A stretch of 64,000 nucleotides of DNA from Actinomycetota bacterium. Lineage in GTDB: Bacteria; Actinomycetota; JAHEXW01. Position numbers and translations under genes: made by a program. Shown piece after piece: positions 8,654 to 21,054 of this stretch (its first letter is position 1; every line of letters begins with the position of its first letter). The notes under the pieces were generated by a model, which was given only the letters and a program-made list of their open reading frames with translations, had not been told where the DNA came from and made no database searches. The stretch covers positions 525 through 64,524 of the forward strand of contig JANXYU010000019.1 of the NCBI GenBank assembly GCA_025355855.1, read 5' to 3'.

Positions 8654-9528
8654 GCCCTTACCCGGAAGGTGTTCGCCAGCGCGTCGAAGAAGCGCTGGCG
8701 GAATATTTCCCCGCGGTTGATACGTACCCAGAAATTTTATACCAGTCGATGCGATACAGCCTGTTCGCCGGAGGTAAGCGCTTTCGCCCGGTATTAACGG
8801 TTATCACCGCGGCCGTTTTTGGCGCCTCCCCGGAGACGGTTCTGCCTTGCGCCTGTGCCATTGAGTACATCCACACATATTCGCTGATTCATGATGACCT
8901 GCCCGCTATAGATAACGACGACCTGCGCCGAGGCCTACCCACCAACCACAAGAAGTTTGGGGAAGATATCGCCATTATGGCCGGTGACGCGTTATTTGCC
9001 GAGGCGTTTTCCCTTATCAGCCGGTTGCAGATGGCATCCGACCAGCGTAAAATAGTAGACGTAATCCGCGAGATCGCGGCCGCCAGCGGCCCCGCCGGAA
9101 TGGTCGGAGGACAAGTTGTCGATATGGCTTCGACGGGGAAACCGATCTCGCTGGAAACATTACGCTTCATTCACGCCCGGAAAACCGGGCGTTTGATTAC
9201 TGCCGCCGCCTGGTGCGGCGCTATCTTAGCAGGTGCAACGGACGATGAGTTGGAGACTGTCACACGCTACGGCAAGCATCTTGGGTTGGCGTTCCAAATA
9301 ACTGACGACATTCTGGACGAGACGGGCAGCGTCGAGGAGCTAGGGAAAACACCAGGACAAGACCAAACGCTTCATAAAGCGACGTATCCGGCGCTCGTCG
9401 GCCTGGAAGAATCAAAACGGCTGGCGTGTGACGAAACGACCGCGGCTATAGCCGTGGCGAACGCGCTCGGCGAGAGCGCCCATGCGCTGCGCGGGCTGGC
9501 CGAATTTGTAATCGAGCGAACAGGGTAG
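8650..9528 (+). CDS. ispA: Polyprenyl (farnesyl/geranylgeranyl) diphosphate synthase
   Basis: GGKRFRP, HDDLPAIDNDDLRRG, FQITDDILD; ATGA overlap with upstream stop. Confidence 0.95.
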   Translation: MSPYPEGVRQRVEEALAEYFPAVDTYPEILYQSMRYSLFAGGKRFRPVLTVITAAVFGASPETVLPCACAIEYIHTYSLIHDDLPAIDNDDLRRGLPTNHKKFGEDIAIMAGDALFAEAFSLISRLQMASDQRKIVDVIREIAAASGPAGMVGGQVVDMASTGKPISLETLRFIHARKTGRLITAAAWCGAILAGATDDELETVTRYGKHLGLAFQITDDILDETGSVEELGKTPGQDQTLHKATYPALVGLEESKRLACDETTAAIAVANALGESAHALRGLAEFVIERTG

Positions 9529-9534
9529 GCATAC

Positions 9535-11526
9535 ATGCCGGAAGACAAACTGTTAGCCACAATATCATCACCTGATGATCTAAAGAAGCTCACGTTGCCC
9601 GAGCTTGACCGGCTGGCAGCCGAGATTAGAAATAAAATGATTGGGGACGTCGCCAAAACGGGTGGTCATTTAGCCCCCAGTCTAGGCGTTGTCGAATTAA
9701 CGATCGCGCTTCACTATGTTTTTGACAGTCCTCACGACCCCATTGTCTGGGACGTCGGACACCAGTGCTATGTCCACAAAATGCTTACGGGACGGGCTGA
9801 TTCCTTCGATACAATCAGGCAGTATCAAGGTCTAAGCGGCTTTCCCAAACATAAAGAGAGTGAGCACGATATCGTCGACACCGGACACAGCTCAACCTCT
9901 ATTTCCTTTGCCGTTGGTTTGGCCGAGGCAATGAAAAGAACCGGCCAGACCGGTAAAGCGATCGCTGTGATCGGTGACGGAGCGATTGCGGCGGGCCTGG
10001 CCTATGAGGCCTTGAATCACGCCGGTCATCTCAAGAGTAACGTCCTGGTTGTCTTAAACGACAATGAGATGTCCATATCCCCTAGCGTCGGGGCCTTCGC
10101 CAGTTATTTGGCTCGCGTCCGTTTGGATCCCCGCTACCGGCGCGCGGAAGAGGGATTCGAGACGGATGTCAAGCGCATCCCGCGAATCGGTGAAAAAGTA
10201 TATGAGCTGGGGAAGCACGTCAAAAGCAGTATTAAGCAGATGGTCGTGCCTAGTATGATATTCGAAGAACTTGGTTTTACCTACGTCGGCCCGATCGACG
10301 GTCACAACATCGATCTGGTCGCCAAAAATCTGCGTCTGGCCAAGGGAATAAATACGCCGGTTCTCCTGCATGTAATAACGAAAAAGGGCAAAGGTTACGC
10401 GCCCGCCGAGGAAAATCCCAACCGGTTTCACGGAACCGGCTCGTTCGACGTGGTGACGGGTTTGCCGGTGGCCAAGAAAGATGCGCCGCCCGCTTACACA
10501 AAGGTATTTGGTGATGCGCTGGTCGAAATGGCGGACGCTGACGATAAGATTGCCGCGATTACGGCCGCTATGCCCAGCGGTACCGGACTTGACCGATTCG
10601 CCTCTGAATTCCCGGACCGTTTCTTTGATGTCGGGATCGCCGAACAACATGCCGTGGCTTTCGCATCAGCGCTGGCTCTCGGGGGTTTGAAGCCGGTCGT
10701 CGCAATTTACTCAACATTTCTGCAACGCGCTTATGACCAGGTTATACATGACGTATGCCTACAAGGGCAAAGCGTTGTTTTAGCCGTCGATCGGGCCGGC
10801 TTGGTCGGCGAAGACGGCCCGACACACCACGGTGTTTTTGACTTGTCTTATCTGCGCGCCGTTCCTGGTTTGACCGTGATGGCGCCCAAGGACGAGGCGG
10901 AGCTGCGCGATATGATTTACACGGCCTTAAGGATGGCAGGCCCGGTCGCGGTGCGGTATCCGCGTCGCGACGGCTTGGGCGTCGATATCAAACCAGCTCC
11001 CAAAGAGCTGCCGATAGGGCAAGCGGAAACATTGCGGGAAGGTGAAGACGTTGCCTTGATCGCGATAGGCACAATGGTTGACGCGGCTGTCCGGTCCGCC
11101 GAGCTGTTGGCAACACACGAGGTTTCGGCGACCGTAATAAACGCCCGGTTTGCCAAGCCTCTGGACACTAGGGTTATCATAGCAGCAGCGAATAAGCATA
11201 AAATGATCGTCACTTTGGAGGAAAACTCAGTCAATGGCGGTTTTGGCGAGGGCGTACTTAGTGTTCTGGCTGAGCACGACATCGAACGCGACACCCTAGT
11301 GCTCGGCCTGCCCGACGGATTTATAGAACACGGGCCGATTCCGAAACTGCTGGACCTGAACGGATTGAGTCCGGAAAAGATCGCGGCGTCGGTCATCGCG
11401 CGATTGGATCGCCAAAAACATCGGCCAGGATCAGCAGCCATCCTAAAAAATATACGCAACGCTATCAAATCAGGAATCAATGGGTCGAATGACAAAGACA
11501 CGCCTCGACGTTCTGCTCGTAGATAG
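9535..11526 (+). CDS. dxs: 1-deoxy-D-xylulose-5-phosphate synthase
   Basis: GGHLAPSLG, WDVGHQ, GDGA…LNDNEMSI, IAEQHAV, DRAGLVGEDGPTHHG. Confidence 0.97.
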   Translation: MPEDKLLATISSPDDLKKLTLPELDRLAAEIRNKMIGDVAKTGGHLAPSLGVVELTIALHYVFDSPHDPIVWDVGHQCYVHKMLTGRADSFDTIRQYQGLSGFPKHKESEHDIVDTGHSSTSISFAVGLAEAMKRTGQTGKAIAVIGDGAIAAGLAYEALNHAGHLKSNVLVVLNDNEMSISPSVGAFASYLARVRLDPRYRRAEEGFETDVKRIPRIGEKVYELGKHVKSSIKQMVVPSMIFEELGFTYVGPIDGHNIDLVAKNLRLAKGINTPVLLHVITKKGKGYAPAEENPNRFHGTGSFDVVTGLPVAKKDAPPAYTKVFGDALVEMADADDKIAAITAAMPSGTGLDRFASEFPDRFFDVGIAEQHAVAFASALALGGLKPVVAIYSTFLQRAYDQVIHDVCLQGQSVVLAVDRAGLVGEDGPTHHGVFDLSYLRAVPGLTVMAPKDEAELRDMIYTALRMAGPVAVRYPRRDGLGVDIKPAPKELPIGQAETLREGEDVALIAIGTMVDAAVRSAELLATHEVSATVINARFAKPLDTRVIIAAANKHKMIVTLEENSVNGGFGEGVLSVLAEHDIERDTLVLGLPDGFIEHGPIPKLLDLNGLSPEKIAASVIARLDRQKHRPGSAAILKNIRNAIKSGINGSNDKDTPRRSARR

Positions 11527-12322
11527 GGGACATTTCACCAGCCGGGAAGCGGCCCGACGGGCCGTGTTGGCCGGCCAGGTCAAAATAGGGGATGTCATCT
11601 ACGACAAACCTGGCGCAACCGTCGCTTTCGATTCCGTCTTGCAAGTCAAACCCTCTTCGCCTTATGTGTCTCGCGGCGCAGATAAGCTGATTCGCGCGCT
11701 CGACACTTTCTCAATTGTAGTGGCTGGCCGGACGGCGTTGGACGCGGGCGCTTCTACGGGCGGTTTTACCGACGTTCTTCTATCGCGCGGAGCGGCGCGG
11801 GTAATCGCTGTCGACGTCGGTTACGGTCAATTGGCATGGCGGTTGCGCAGCGACCCCCGAGTAGACGTATTTGAACGCGCGAATATCAGAGGCTTGAGTC
11901 TGGACGAACTCCCCGCCGTACCAGACCTGGTTGTCGCCGACTTGTCATTCATTTCGCTAACCAAAGTGGCGGCCAACCTGCTAGTGTTGTCGGCTGAGGG
12001 TTCCGACTATGTATTTCTGATAAAACCGCAGTTCGAGGCTGGTCGGGGGCAGGTCGGCAAAGGCGGTATAATAAGAGAAGCCCAGCGTCACGTGGCCATT
12101 TTGCGTGACGTGGTGGCGGCTTTGGCAGAATCGGGACTCGCCCTCGTCGGGTTGACCTACTCTCCGATAACCGGAGCGGACGGCAACATTGAGTTCCTAG
12201 CGCATTTAAGGCGCGAGGAACTCAAAAAAGTAAGAAGTTTAACAACTAAAATAGATGAGAAGACGTTGATTGACAAAATTGTGAATGAGGCTCATGAGGC
12301 TTTGAACACAAAAGGCAAGTGA
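11480..12322 (+). CDS. tlyA: TlyA rRNA 2'-O-methyltransferase
   Basis: S4 domain RLDVLLV, YVSRG, GASTGGFTD, DLSFISL, KPQFEAG, GNIEF. Confidence 0.95.
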   Translation: MGRMTKTRLDVLLVDRGHFTSREAARRAVLAGQVKIGDVIYDKPGATVAFDSVLQVKPSSPYVSRGADKLIRALDTFSIVVAGRTALDAGASTGGFTDVLLSRGAARVIAVDVGYGQLAWRLRSDPRVDVFERANIRGLSLDELPAVPDLVVADLSFISLTKVAANLLVLSAEGSDYVFLIKPQFEAGRGQVGKGGIIREAQRHVAILRDVVAALAESGLALVGLTYSPITGADGNIEFLAHLRREELKKVRSLTTKIDEKTLIDKIVNEAHEALNTKGK

Positions 12323-12340
12323 TACGGACGGTACGCATAA

Positions 12341-13981
12341 ATGCTGACAGACCTGCATATTAAGAACTTCGCCCTCATAGATGAGGCGCACATAAGATTC
12401 GAGCCCGGGCTAAACATTATGACGGGGGAGACCGGCGCCGGCAAAACAATCGTCCTGGAAGCGATGAATTTGTTGTTGGGCAAACGGGCTGACCCCGTTT
12501 TGATCGGCGTCTACGGCCACGAAGCAGTAGTTGAGGCCTCTCTGACGGCTCAAGAAGCGGAGATCGTCTTGGCCCGTTCCGTGACAACGTCCGGAAAAAA
12601 CAAATGCTATTTGAACGGTCACTTAGCAAATGTCGCGATGCTCGCGGAACGGGCCGGCGCGATGATTGACTTCCATGGCCAACATGAGCATCAGGCTTTG
12701 CTCCAGGTGGCAGCTCACATTGACTATTTGGATGGGTATGGCGGAGACTTTCTGATCGGTTCCCGTAAGGAATACGACACCGCCTATGCCGAGCTGAGCA
12801 AGATTGAGAGCCAACTGGAGAAAGTCACTTCCGCGGAGCGGGACCGTTTGGGTCGTCTCGACTTGACGCGCTTCCAGGTAGACGAGATCGAGCGCGCTGA
12901 TCTTAAACCCGACGAAGACATCGCTTTGGAACAGGAACTAGTGCTTTTACGAAGCTCCGAACGGCTCGCTCGGGGCATTACGACTGCCTTGGCGGCCTTG
13001 TCCGGCGAGGACGATAGTCCTGGCGGGGCGGCCTCCCTGGACGCCGCCGCGAAAGAGCTGGGCGCGCTCGCGTCAATCGACGACCGTTTGGCGGCAACGG
13101 CCGCCAGGCTGGCGAGCTTGTCGCTGGAAACGGCTGACGCGGCTGGCGATCTGGCCCGATATAGGTCAGAAATTGTTTTCGATCCCGCGCGGCTGGCGGA
13201 AGCTGACGGCCGGTTGGAGATGGTCAAAAACCTAAAGCGCAAGTATGGCGATAGCATTGAGGCAGTCCTTCTGTTTAAAGATAAAGCTAAACAAGAGCTT
13301 GATCTGATTGAGGATAGCGGCGCCAAGCTGGAGTCGCTCCAGACGCGGCAGAAAGAGCTTGAAGCAATCCTGCACGATCTAGCCGATCACCTAAGTGATC
13401 TCCGTCACCAAGCGGCGGTTGGCCTGGAGAAGACAGTAGAAGACGAGCTGGCAGACCTAAATCTGCCGGGCTGTCGTTTTAAGGTAGGGTTCGGCGACAC
13501 GCTGGATCTAACCCCGGCGGGTCGTGATAGAGTCGAGTTTCTGCTTAGCCCCAATATTGGGCAGGGCTTGAAGCCGCTGGCCAAGATCGCGTCCGGCGGC
13601 GAAGTGTCGCGCATCATGTTGGCTCTCAAAATAGCGTTCATAAAAGCGGATCCTGTACCCGTGCTCGTATTCGACGAGATCGATTCCGGGATCGGAGGCG
13701 AGACTGCCGCGGCCGTAGGAGCAAAGTTGAAGTTATTGGCCGCCGCGCACCAGGTTATTTGCATAACTCATCTGCCCCAGATAGCCGCTTACGGTGACGC
13801 GCATTTATACGTCGCCAAGGAAGTGCGCGATAAGATCACGGTTTCCAATGTAAAGACCTTAGACGAAGCTAGCCGCGTCGAGGAGCTGTCGCGCATGTTG
13901 ACCGGCGGCGCGTCCACTGCGGAAACATCCCGCCAACATGCCCGGGAGCTGTTGCAGGCGGCCCGGCAGAGACGGAACTAA
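12341..13981 (+). CDS. recN: DNA repair protein RecN
   Basis: GETGAGKT, SGGE.SR, FDEIDSG, ITHLPQIAA. Confidence 0.96.
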   Translation: MLTDLHIKNFALIDEAHIRFEPGLNIMTGETGAGKTIVLEAMNLLLGKRADPVLIGVYGHEAVVEASLTAQEAEIVLARSVTTSGKNKCYLNGHLANVAMLAERAGAMIDFHGQHEHQALLQVAAHIDYLDGYGGDFLIGSRKEYDTAYAELSKIESQLEKVTSAERDRLGRLDLTRFQVDEIERADLKPDEDIALEQELVLLRSSERLARGITTALAALSGEDDSPGGAASLDAAAKELGALASIDDRLAATAARLASLSLETADAAGDLARYRSEIVFDPARLAEADGRLEMVKNLKRKYGDSIEAVLLFKDKAKQELDLIEDSGAKLESLQTRQKELEAILHDLADHLSDLRHQAAVGLEKTVEDELADLNLPGCRFKVGFGDTLDLTPAGRDRVEFLLSPNIGQGLKPLAKIASGGEVSRIMLALKIAFIKADPVPVLVFDEIDSGIGGETAAAVGAKLKLLAAAHQVICITHLPQIAAYGDAHLYVAKEVRDKITVSNVKTLDEASRVEELSRMLTGGASTAETSRQHARELLQAARQRRN

Positions 13982-13985
13982 ACGC

Positions 13986-14783
13986 ATGGCGGCGCCCGAT
14001 GTAAAAGAGCATTTTCGAGTTTGGGGTCTATATTGGATAACGGCGGTTTTAACCGCGCTGGTGCTGGCTACCGTCGGCTGGCTGGTCTTCTTGACCGCGG
14101 ACGCGGTGGCGACGTGGAAGTCGGTCAAAGGGCCGACGACACTCGAGAGTCCACAGCTGGCGACGGCCGCGAAAACCCCTGAACAGCGAGCCGCTAACCT
14201 GATTTTGCCGTACGCAACCATCGATCAGTTGAACATGGCGCTCTATTTACCCAATGTCTACCGACACATAAGGGGTATCGGATTTCACGAATCGAGCCAT
14301 ACGCGAGCTTTTTCCATGAAGCCCAGTGGGCGGTTGCTGCAAAACGACAACGCTTGGGACCTCGAGGTCGAGCTAACCAGCCAGGCGCCTTTGCCCACGT
14401 ATTATATAATGGAGTCGCGGGGCGAATACGCCGCGGGAACCACTGTGGCTGACATCGCCATGGATCCCGGCACGCCCGTTTTTCCACCTATCAGCGGAAT
14501 AATTATTAAGATCGCGCCTATAGTCATCTATAACGAGTACCAAGATCAGCAGATCGAGATGCGCCCCGACGGCTATCCGAACGTCGTCGTTGCTTTCCTG
14601 CACGTCGATGACATTCGTGTTAGGGTAGGTGACCACGTAATTCAGGGCAAAACGAAGATCGGAATCCCTAAAGACTGGCGCGGCGTGATTCCCTCAGAGG
14701 TTGAGGACTATGTTAAACCGGCCATGCCGCATGTGCATATCCAGGTAAACACTCCGGCTCCGCCGGAAGCGCCGGTTCCCTAA
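13986..14783 (+). CDS. Membrane-anchored M23/LytM-like protein, first metal motif degenerate
   Basis: N-terminal TM helix; ADIAMDPGTPVFPPISG, FLHV…VRVGDHV.QG, PHVHIQV. Confidence 0.7.
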   Translation: MAAPDVKEHFRVWGLYWITAVLTALVLATVGWLVFLTADAVATWKSVKGPTTLESPQLATAAKTPEQRAANLILPYATIDQLNMALYLPNVYRHIRGIGFHESSHTRAFSMKPSGRLLQNDNAWDLEVELTSQAPLPTYYIMESRGEYAAGTTVADIAMDPGTPVFPPISGIIIKIAPIVIYNEYQDQQIEMRPDGYPNVVVAFLHVDDIRVRVGDHVIQGKTKIGIPKDWRGVIPSEVEDYVKPAMPHVHIQVNTPAPPEAPVP

Positions 14784-14790
14784 GGAGCAT

Positions 14791-15909
14791 ATGAAGTATA
14801 AAGGCATCGCGAAGATAGACAAAAAGACAAAAACACTCGTCAAACGCCTGAAGCCCGGCGATGTTGCGATTATCGACCACGATGACATCGACCGAGTCAC
14901 CGCGGAAGCGCTGGTCGAAACCCGTGTTGATGTGGTCGTCAATGCCGGCCGCAGTATTTCAGGACGCTACGCCAATTTGGGGCCGCTGATTATTACCGAG
15001 GCCGGAATATATTTGATCGACGCTGCCGGACCGGAATGCATGACGGCAATTAAGGAAGGCGACACGGTGAATATTAATCGCGACGCCGTTATCGTCAAAC
15101 AAAAAGTGGTCTGCCGCGGCTCCGTTCTCACTAAAGAAAAGGTAGAAGCTGCAATGGAGGCCGCGAAGGTCAACATGGCACACGAGCTGGAACTATTCGC
15201 GCAGAACACGCTGGAGTTTATAGAAAAAGAGAAGCATTTCTTCGAGGGCATGGACATGCCGCCGACAACCGTGTCGTTTAGCAAGCGGCATGCCTTGGTA
15301 GTCGCGCGCGGCTACGATTATAAGAAAGACCTGAAGGCGTTGCGCGCCTATATCAGCGAATTCAAACCTGTTTTATTGGGAGTCGATGGGGGGGCCGACG
15401 CTCTCTTAGACGCCGGTTATAAACCGGATATCATTATCGGTGACATGGACAGCGTTTCCGAGAAGGCGCTGATTGGCGTTGCGGAACTGATCGTCCATGC
15501 CTATCCGGATGGCAGGGCGCCGGGCGAAGAACGCCTGAACGCCCTGGGTCGCCAACATTTGATTTTTAAGAGCCCTGGAACCAGCGAAGATATTGCGATG
15601 ATGCTCGCCTACGATCAGGGGGCGGAGCTGATCGTCGCCGTCGGGTCGCACGCTAACATGGTCGAATTTCTTGATAAAGGACGCAAGGGCATGGCCAGCA
15701 CTTTCTTGGTACGTTTACGGATCGGGCCGGCTCTGGTTGACGCCAAAGGAGTAAACAAACTTTACCGGGCGACAGTTAAGCCGTCTTATTTGCTTGTTGT
15801 TGTTCTCGCGGCCATTTTCAGCCTGCTTTTGATTGCGCAAGCGTCACCGCAGTTGCGCAATCTGGCGCAACTACTATTTTTAAAGATCAGACTACTGTTA
15901 GGAATCTAG
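14791..15909 (+). CDS. steA: SteA-like cytokinetic ring protein
   Basis: TK.LVKRL.PGD.AIIDH.DIDRV.AE, SGRYANLGP, GVDGGADAL, HAYPDG.APG, DKGR.GMASTFL; C-terminal TM; follows recN. Confidence 0.92.
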   Translation: MKYKGIAKIDKKTKTLVKRLKPGDVAIIDHDDIDRVTAEALVETRVDVVVNAGRSISGRYANLGPLIITEAGIYLIDAAGPECMTAIKEGDTVNINRDAVIVKQKVVCRGSVLTKEKVEAAMEAAKVNMAHELELFAQNTLEFIEKEKHFFEGMDMPPTTVSFSKRHALVVARGYDYKKDLKALRAYISEFKPVLLGVDGGADALLDAGYKPDIIIGDMDSVSEKALIGVAELIVHAYPDGRAPGEERLNALGRQHLIFKSPGTSEDIAMMLAYDQGAELIVAVGSHANMVEFLDKGRKGMASTFLVRLRIGPALVDAKGVNKLYRATVKPSYLLVVVLAAIFSLLLIAQASPQLRNLAQLLFLKIRLLLGI

Positions 15910-15917
15910 GAGGATAT

Positions 15918-16781
15918 ATGTTCGATTTTAAATACCACATCGTCTCGCTGGTGGCTGTTTTTCTGGCCTTAGGGATCGGCGTGGTCATGGGTTCAATGAC
16001 CGCTGAGCGCGGCGTAGTGACGACCCAGGAGAAATCTCTGATAGCGACGATGGAAAAGGATTTTGAGAACCTGCGCGCGACGAACAAGGAGCAGGCCGCA
16101 ACGATTGCGGCCGAACTCGCCTATACCGACGCTAGCCTGCCCCTTCTGATTAAAGGCAAGTTAGCCGGCAAGAGCATCGCCATTGTGGTCACCGGTGATG
16201 TCGAAGCCCCGACTCTTAAGGGGCTAAAAGCCGCGCTGGAACAAGCAGGCGCAACTCAGGCGTCGGTCACGTATCTAGCCGCTCCGCTTGGGCTAGACAA
16301 CAAGGATGTTTTGGTCAAAGCCGCGACTCTGTTGGATGTGCCAGGGCAAAGCCAAACGGTTGTCAGCGGCAAGGCCCTAGCCGTTACAGCGCGCGCCATT
16401 GTCACCGGCTCTGACGGGACCACTCTTGCCGCGTTGGCTGACGCGGGCGTCATAAAGATCAGTGGGATTTATGCGTCGCCGGCCAACGGTGTCATCGTTA
16501 TAGGCGGTGCGGAAAACGGCAAGCATCTAAAGTTCGCCGAGTTGGACGCGCCACTGGTTAAAGCGTTCCAAGCCACTGGCTTGTCGCCGGTCGGAACAGA
16601 GTCGGCCACCGTTAAGAATTCATACATGAAGGATTACCAAACCCTAAATCTAAGCACCGTCGATAACCTTGACACCGCAGCCGGACAGGTTTCTGTCATT
16701 TTCGTTCTGGCTGGTGGACCTGGGCACTATGGCGCCAAAGCGACGGCCGATACAATAATGCCGACGCCCGTGAGCCCGTAG
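15918..16781 (+). CDS. steB: SteB/MctB family (DUF3186) protein
   Basis: DFKYHIVSLVAVFLALGIG, coiled coil, LSTVDN.D…GQ, HYG.K; follows steA. Confidence 0.9.
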   Translation: MFDFKYHIVSLVAVFLALGIGVVMGSMTAERGVVTTQEKSLIATMEKDFENLRATNKEQAATIAAELAYTDASLPLLIKGKLAGKSIAIVVTGDVEAPTLKGLKAALEQAGATQASVTYLAAPLGLDNKDVLVKAATLLDVPGQSQTVVSGKALAVTARAIVTGSDGTTLAALADAGVIKISGIYASPANGVIVIGGAENGKHLKFAELDAPLVKAFQATGLSPVGTESATVKNSYMKDYQTLNLSTVDNLDTAAGQVSVIFVLAGGPGHYGAKATADTIMPTPVSP

Positions 16782-16786
16782 GCAGT

Positions 16787-18202
16787 ATGCGAGTCGTTGC
16801 CCTGATTCCGGCATATAACGAGGCCGGCAAGGTGGGTCTGACAGTCGCCGCCCTGCGGGAAGCCGCGTTGGCCGATCAAATAATTGTCATTGACGATAAA
16901 TCTACCGACTCTACGGCGGAGGAAGCAGCCGCGGCCGGGGCTGATGTTATCCGCCTGACCAAGAATGTGGGCAAGGGCGGGGCGGTCAACCGTGGCCTGA
17001 AGGCAGCCGGGGATTATGACGTGGTCTTGTTGATCGACGCCGACGTGACTGCGACAGCGACCGAAGCCGGGAAATTACTTGCGCCGGTTCAAAAGGGCGA
17101 GACGGATATGGCTGTAGCTATTCTGTCGCGTCGAGAGGGAACAGGCGGTTTCGGTCTAGCTTTGGGGTTGGCGCGCCGGTTGATCAGGCGCCGCGGCGGT
17201 TTGGACGTAACTGCGCCGCTCAGCGGACAACGCGCTTTGACTAAAACGGCCGTTGCCGCGGCGACGCCCCTGGCTACCGATTATGGTTTAGAGACCGCCA
17301 TGACGATCGATGTTTTGCGGGCCGGCTTGCGGGTAACCGAGGTTCCGGCCGCCTTTACCCACTCCTATACCTATCGTGACATGGCAGGATTTCGTCATCG
17401 CGGCCGCCAGTTCTTGGATATTTTGAAGGTTATGTTTCGCTGGCCGCGGGGGAAGAACTACGCCGGTCAGATGATACCGACATCCGTTGGCGTCGTATTC
17501 GGTGGTGTCGCCGCGGTCGCTGGTTTATTGTGGCTTTTCACAGGGGCGCTGGGACAGAGCCCAACCGGGCGTTTTGTGACGGCGCTGTTTCTCTTGACGA
17601 TAAGTTTATGTGGGCTTGGTTGGGCGGACGATGTCTATGGCGGGCAGCAGGCGAAGGGATTCCGAGGCCACCTGCGAGAGTTACGGCGCGGCCGGATAAC
17701 GACCGGTTTGATCAAGGCTGGCGGGGCGGGTGTAGCAGCGATAATCGCGGTTTGGTATGTAACCGGGGAGCCTCTCAATCTTGGTACCATCGTGAATGGC
17801 GTGATCATAGCGCTGGCAGTAAACGCATTCAACCTCCTCGATCTTCGTCCCGGCAGAAGTCTTAAATGGTTTATGCTCGTGATCATTTTCCTGGCCGCAC
17901 TGTCAACGGGAGCTTGGGTTTGGCAACTGCCCGGCGTTTGGCTGATGTTGTTCACGGCTTTGGTTTTATTTCCCTTCGATCTGCGAGGCAAGCTGATGTT
18001 GGGTGACGCCGGTTCCAACGTGCTGGGCGGGGTGGTCGGTCTTTTAGCCGTTATCTGCTTAACCACTGGACCGAAGATTACTGTTGGGATTATTTTTCTA
18101 CTGGTTAACATCGTCAGCGAGCGTTGGTCATTTTCCCGGATTATCGCGGCGGTCGGCCCTCTGCGTTGGCTTGACGACCTTGGTCGGCCTCACGCTAAAT
18201 AA
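16787..18202 (+). CDS. Fusion: GT2 glycosyltransferase + MraY/WecA-like polyprenyl-phosphate transferase domain
   Basis: N-half IPAYNE, DDKSTD, GKGGA, DAD, LSGQR; C-half multi-TM with GWADD, NAFNLLDLRPG, MLGDAGS. Confidence 0.8.
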   Translation: MRVVALIPAYNEAGKVGLTVAALREAALADQIIVIDDKSTDSTAEEAAAAGADVIRLTKNVGKGGAVNRGLKAAGDYDVVLLIDADVTATATEAGKLLAPVQKGETDMAVAILSRREGTGGFGLALGLARRLIRRRGGLDVTAPLSGQRALTKTAVAAATPLATDYGLETAMTIDVLRAGLRVTEVPAAFTHSYTYRDMAGFRHRGRQFLDILKVMFRWPRGKNYAGQMIPTSVGVVFGGVAAVAGLLWLFTGALGQSPTGRFVTALFLLTISLCGLGWADDVYGGQQAKGFRGHLRELRRGRITTGLIKAGGAGVAAIIAVWYVTGEPLNLGTIVNGVIIALAVNAFNLLDLRPGRSLKWFMLVIIFLAALSTGAWVWQLPGVWLMLFTALVLFPFDLRGKLMLGDAGSNVLGGVVGLLAVICLTTGPKITVGIIFLLVNIVSERWSFSRIIAAVGPLRWLDDLGRPHAK

Positions 18203-18205
18203 TCC

Positions 18206-18235
18206 TTACAAACCTGTGCTGTATATCGCTATAAT
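18206..18235 (+). promoter_or_regulatory. Putative pyrG promoter
   Basis: TTACAA, 18 bp, TATAAT (18230-18235). Confidence 0.5.
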
Positions 18236-18251
18236 AGAAAAAACCATTTGT

Positions 18252-18270
18252 CCTGCCTACCGGCAGGCAG
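18252..18270. repeat. Short near-palindrome CCTGCCTACCGGCAGGCAG in pyrG leader
   Basis: CTGCCT…AGGCAG arms; followed by second hairpin TGCCCGCAGGGCA. Confidence 0.55.
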
Positions 18271-18297
18271 TTGCCCGCAGGGCATGAAGGGTGATAA

Positions 18298-21041
<2,744 letters not shown>

Positions 21042-21054
21042 GCGGAGGACCGCG

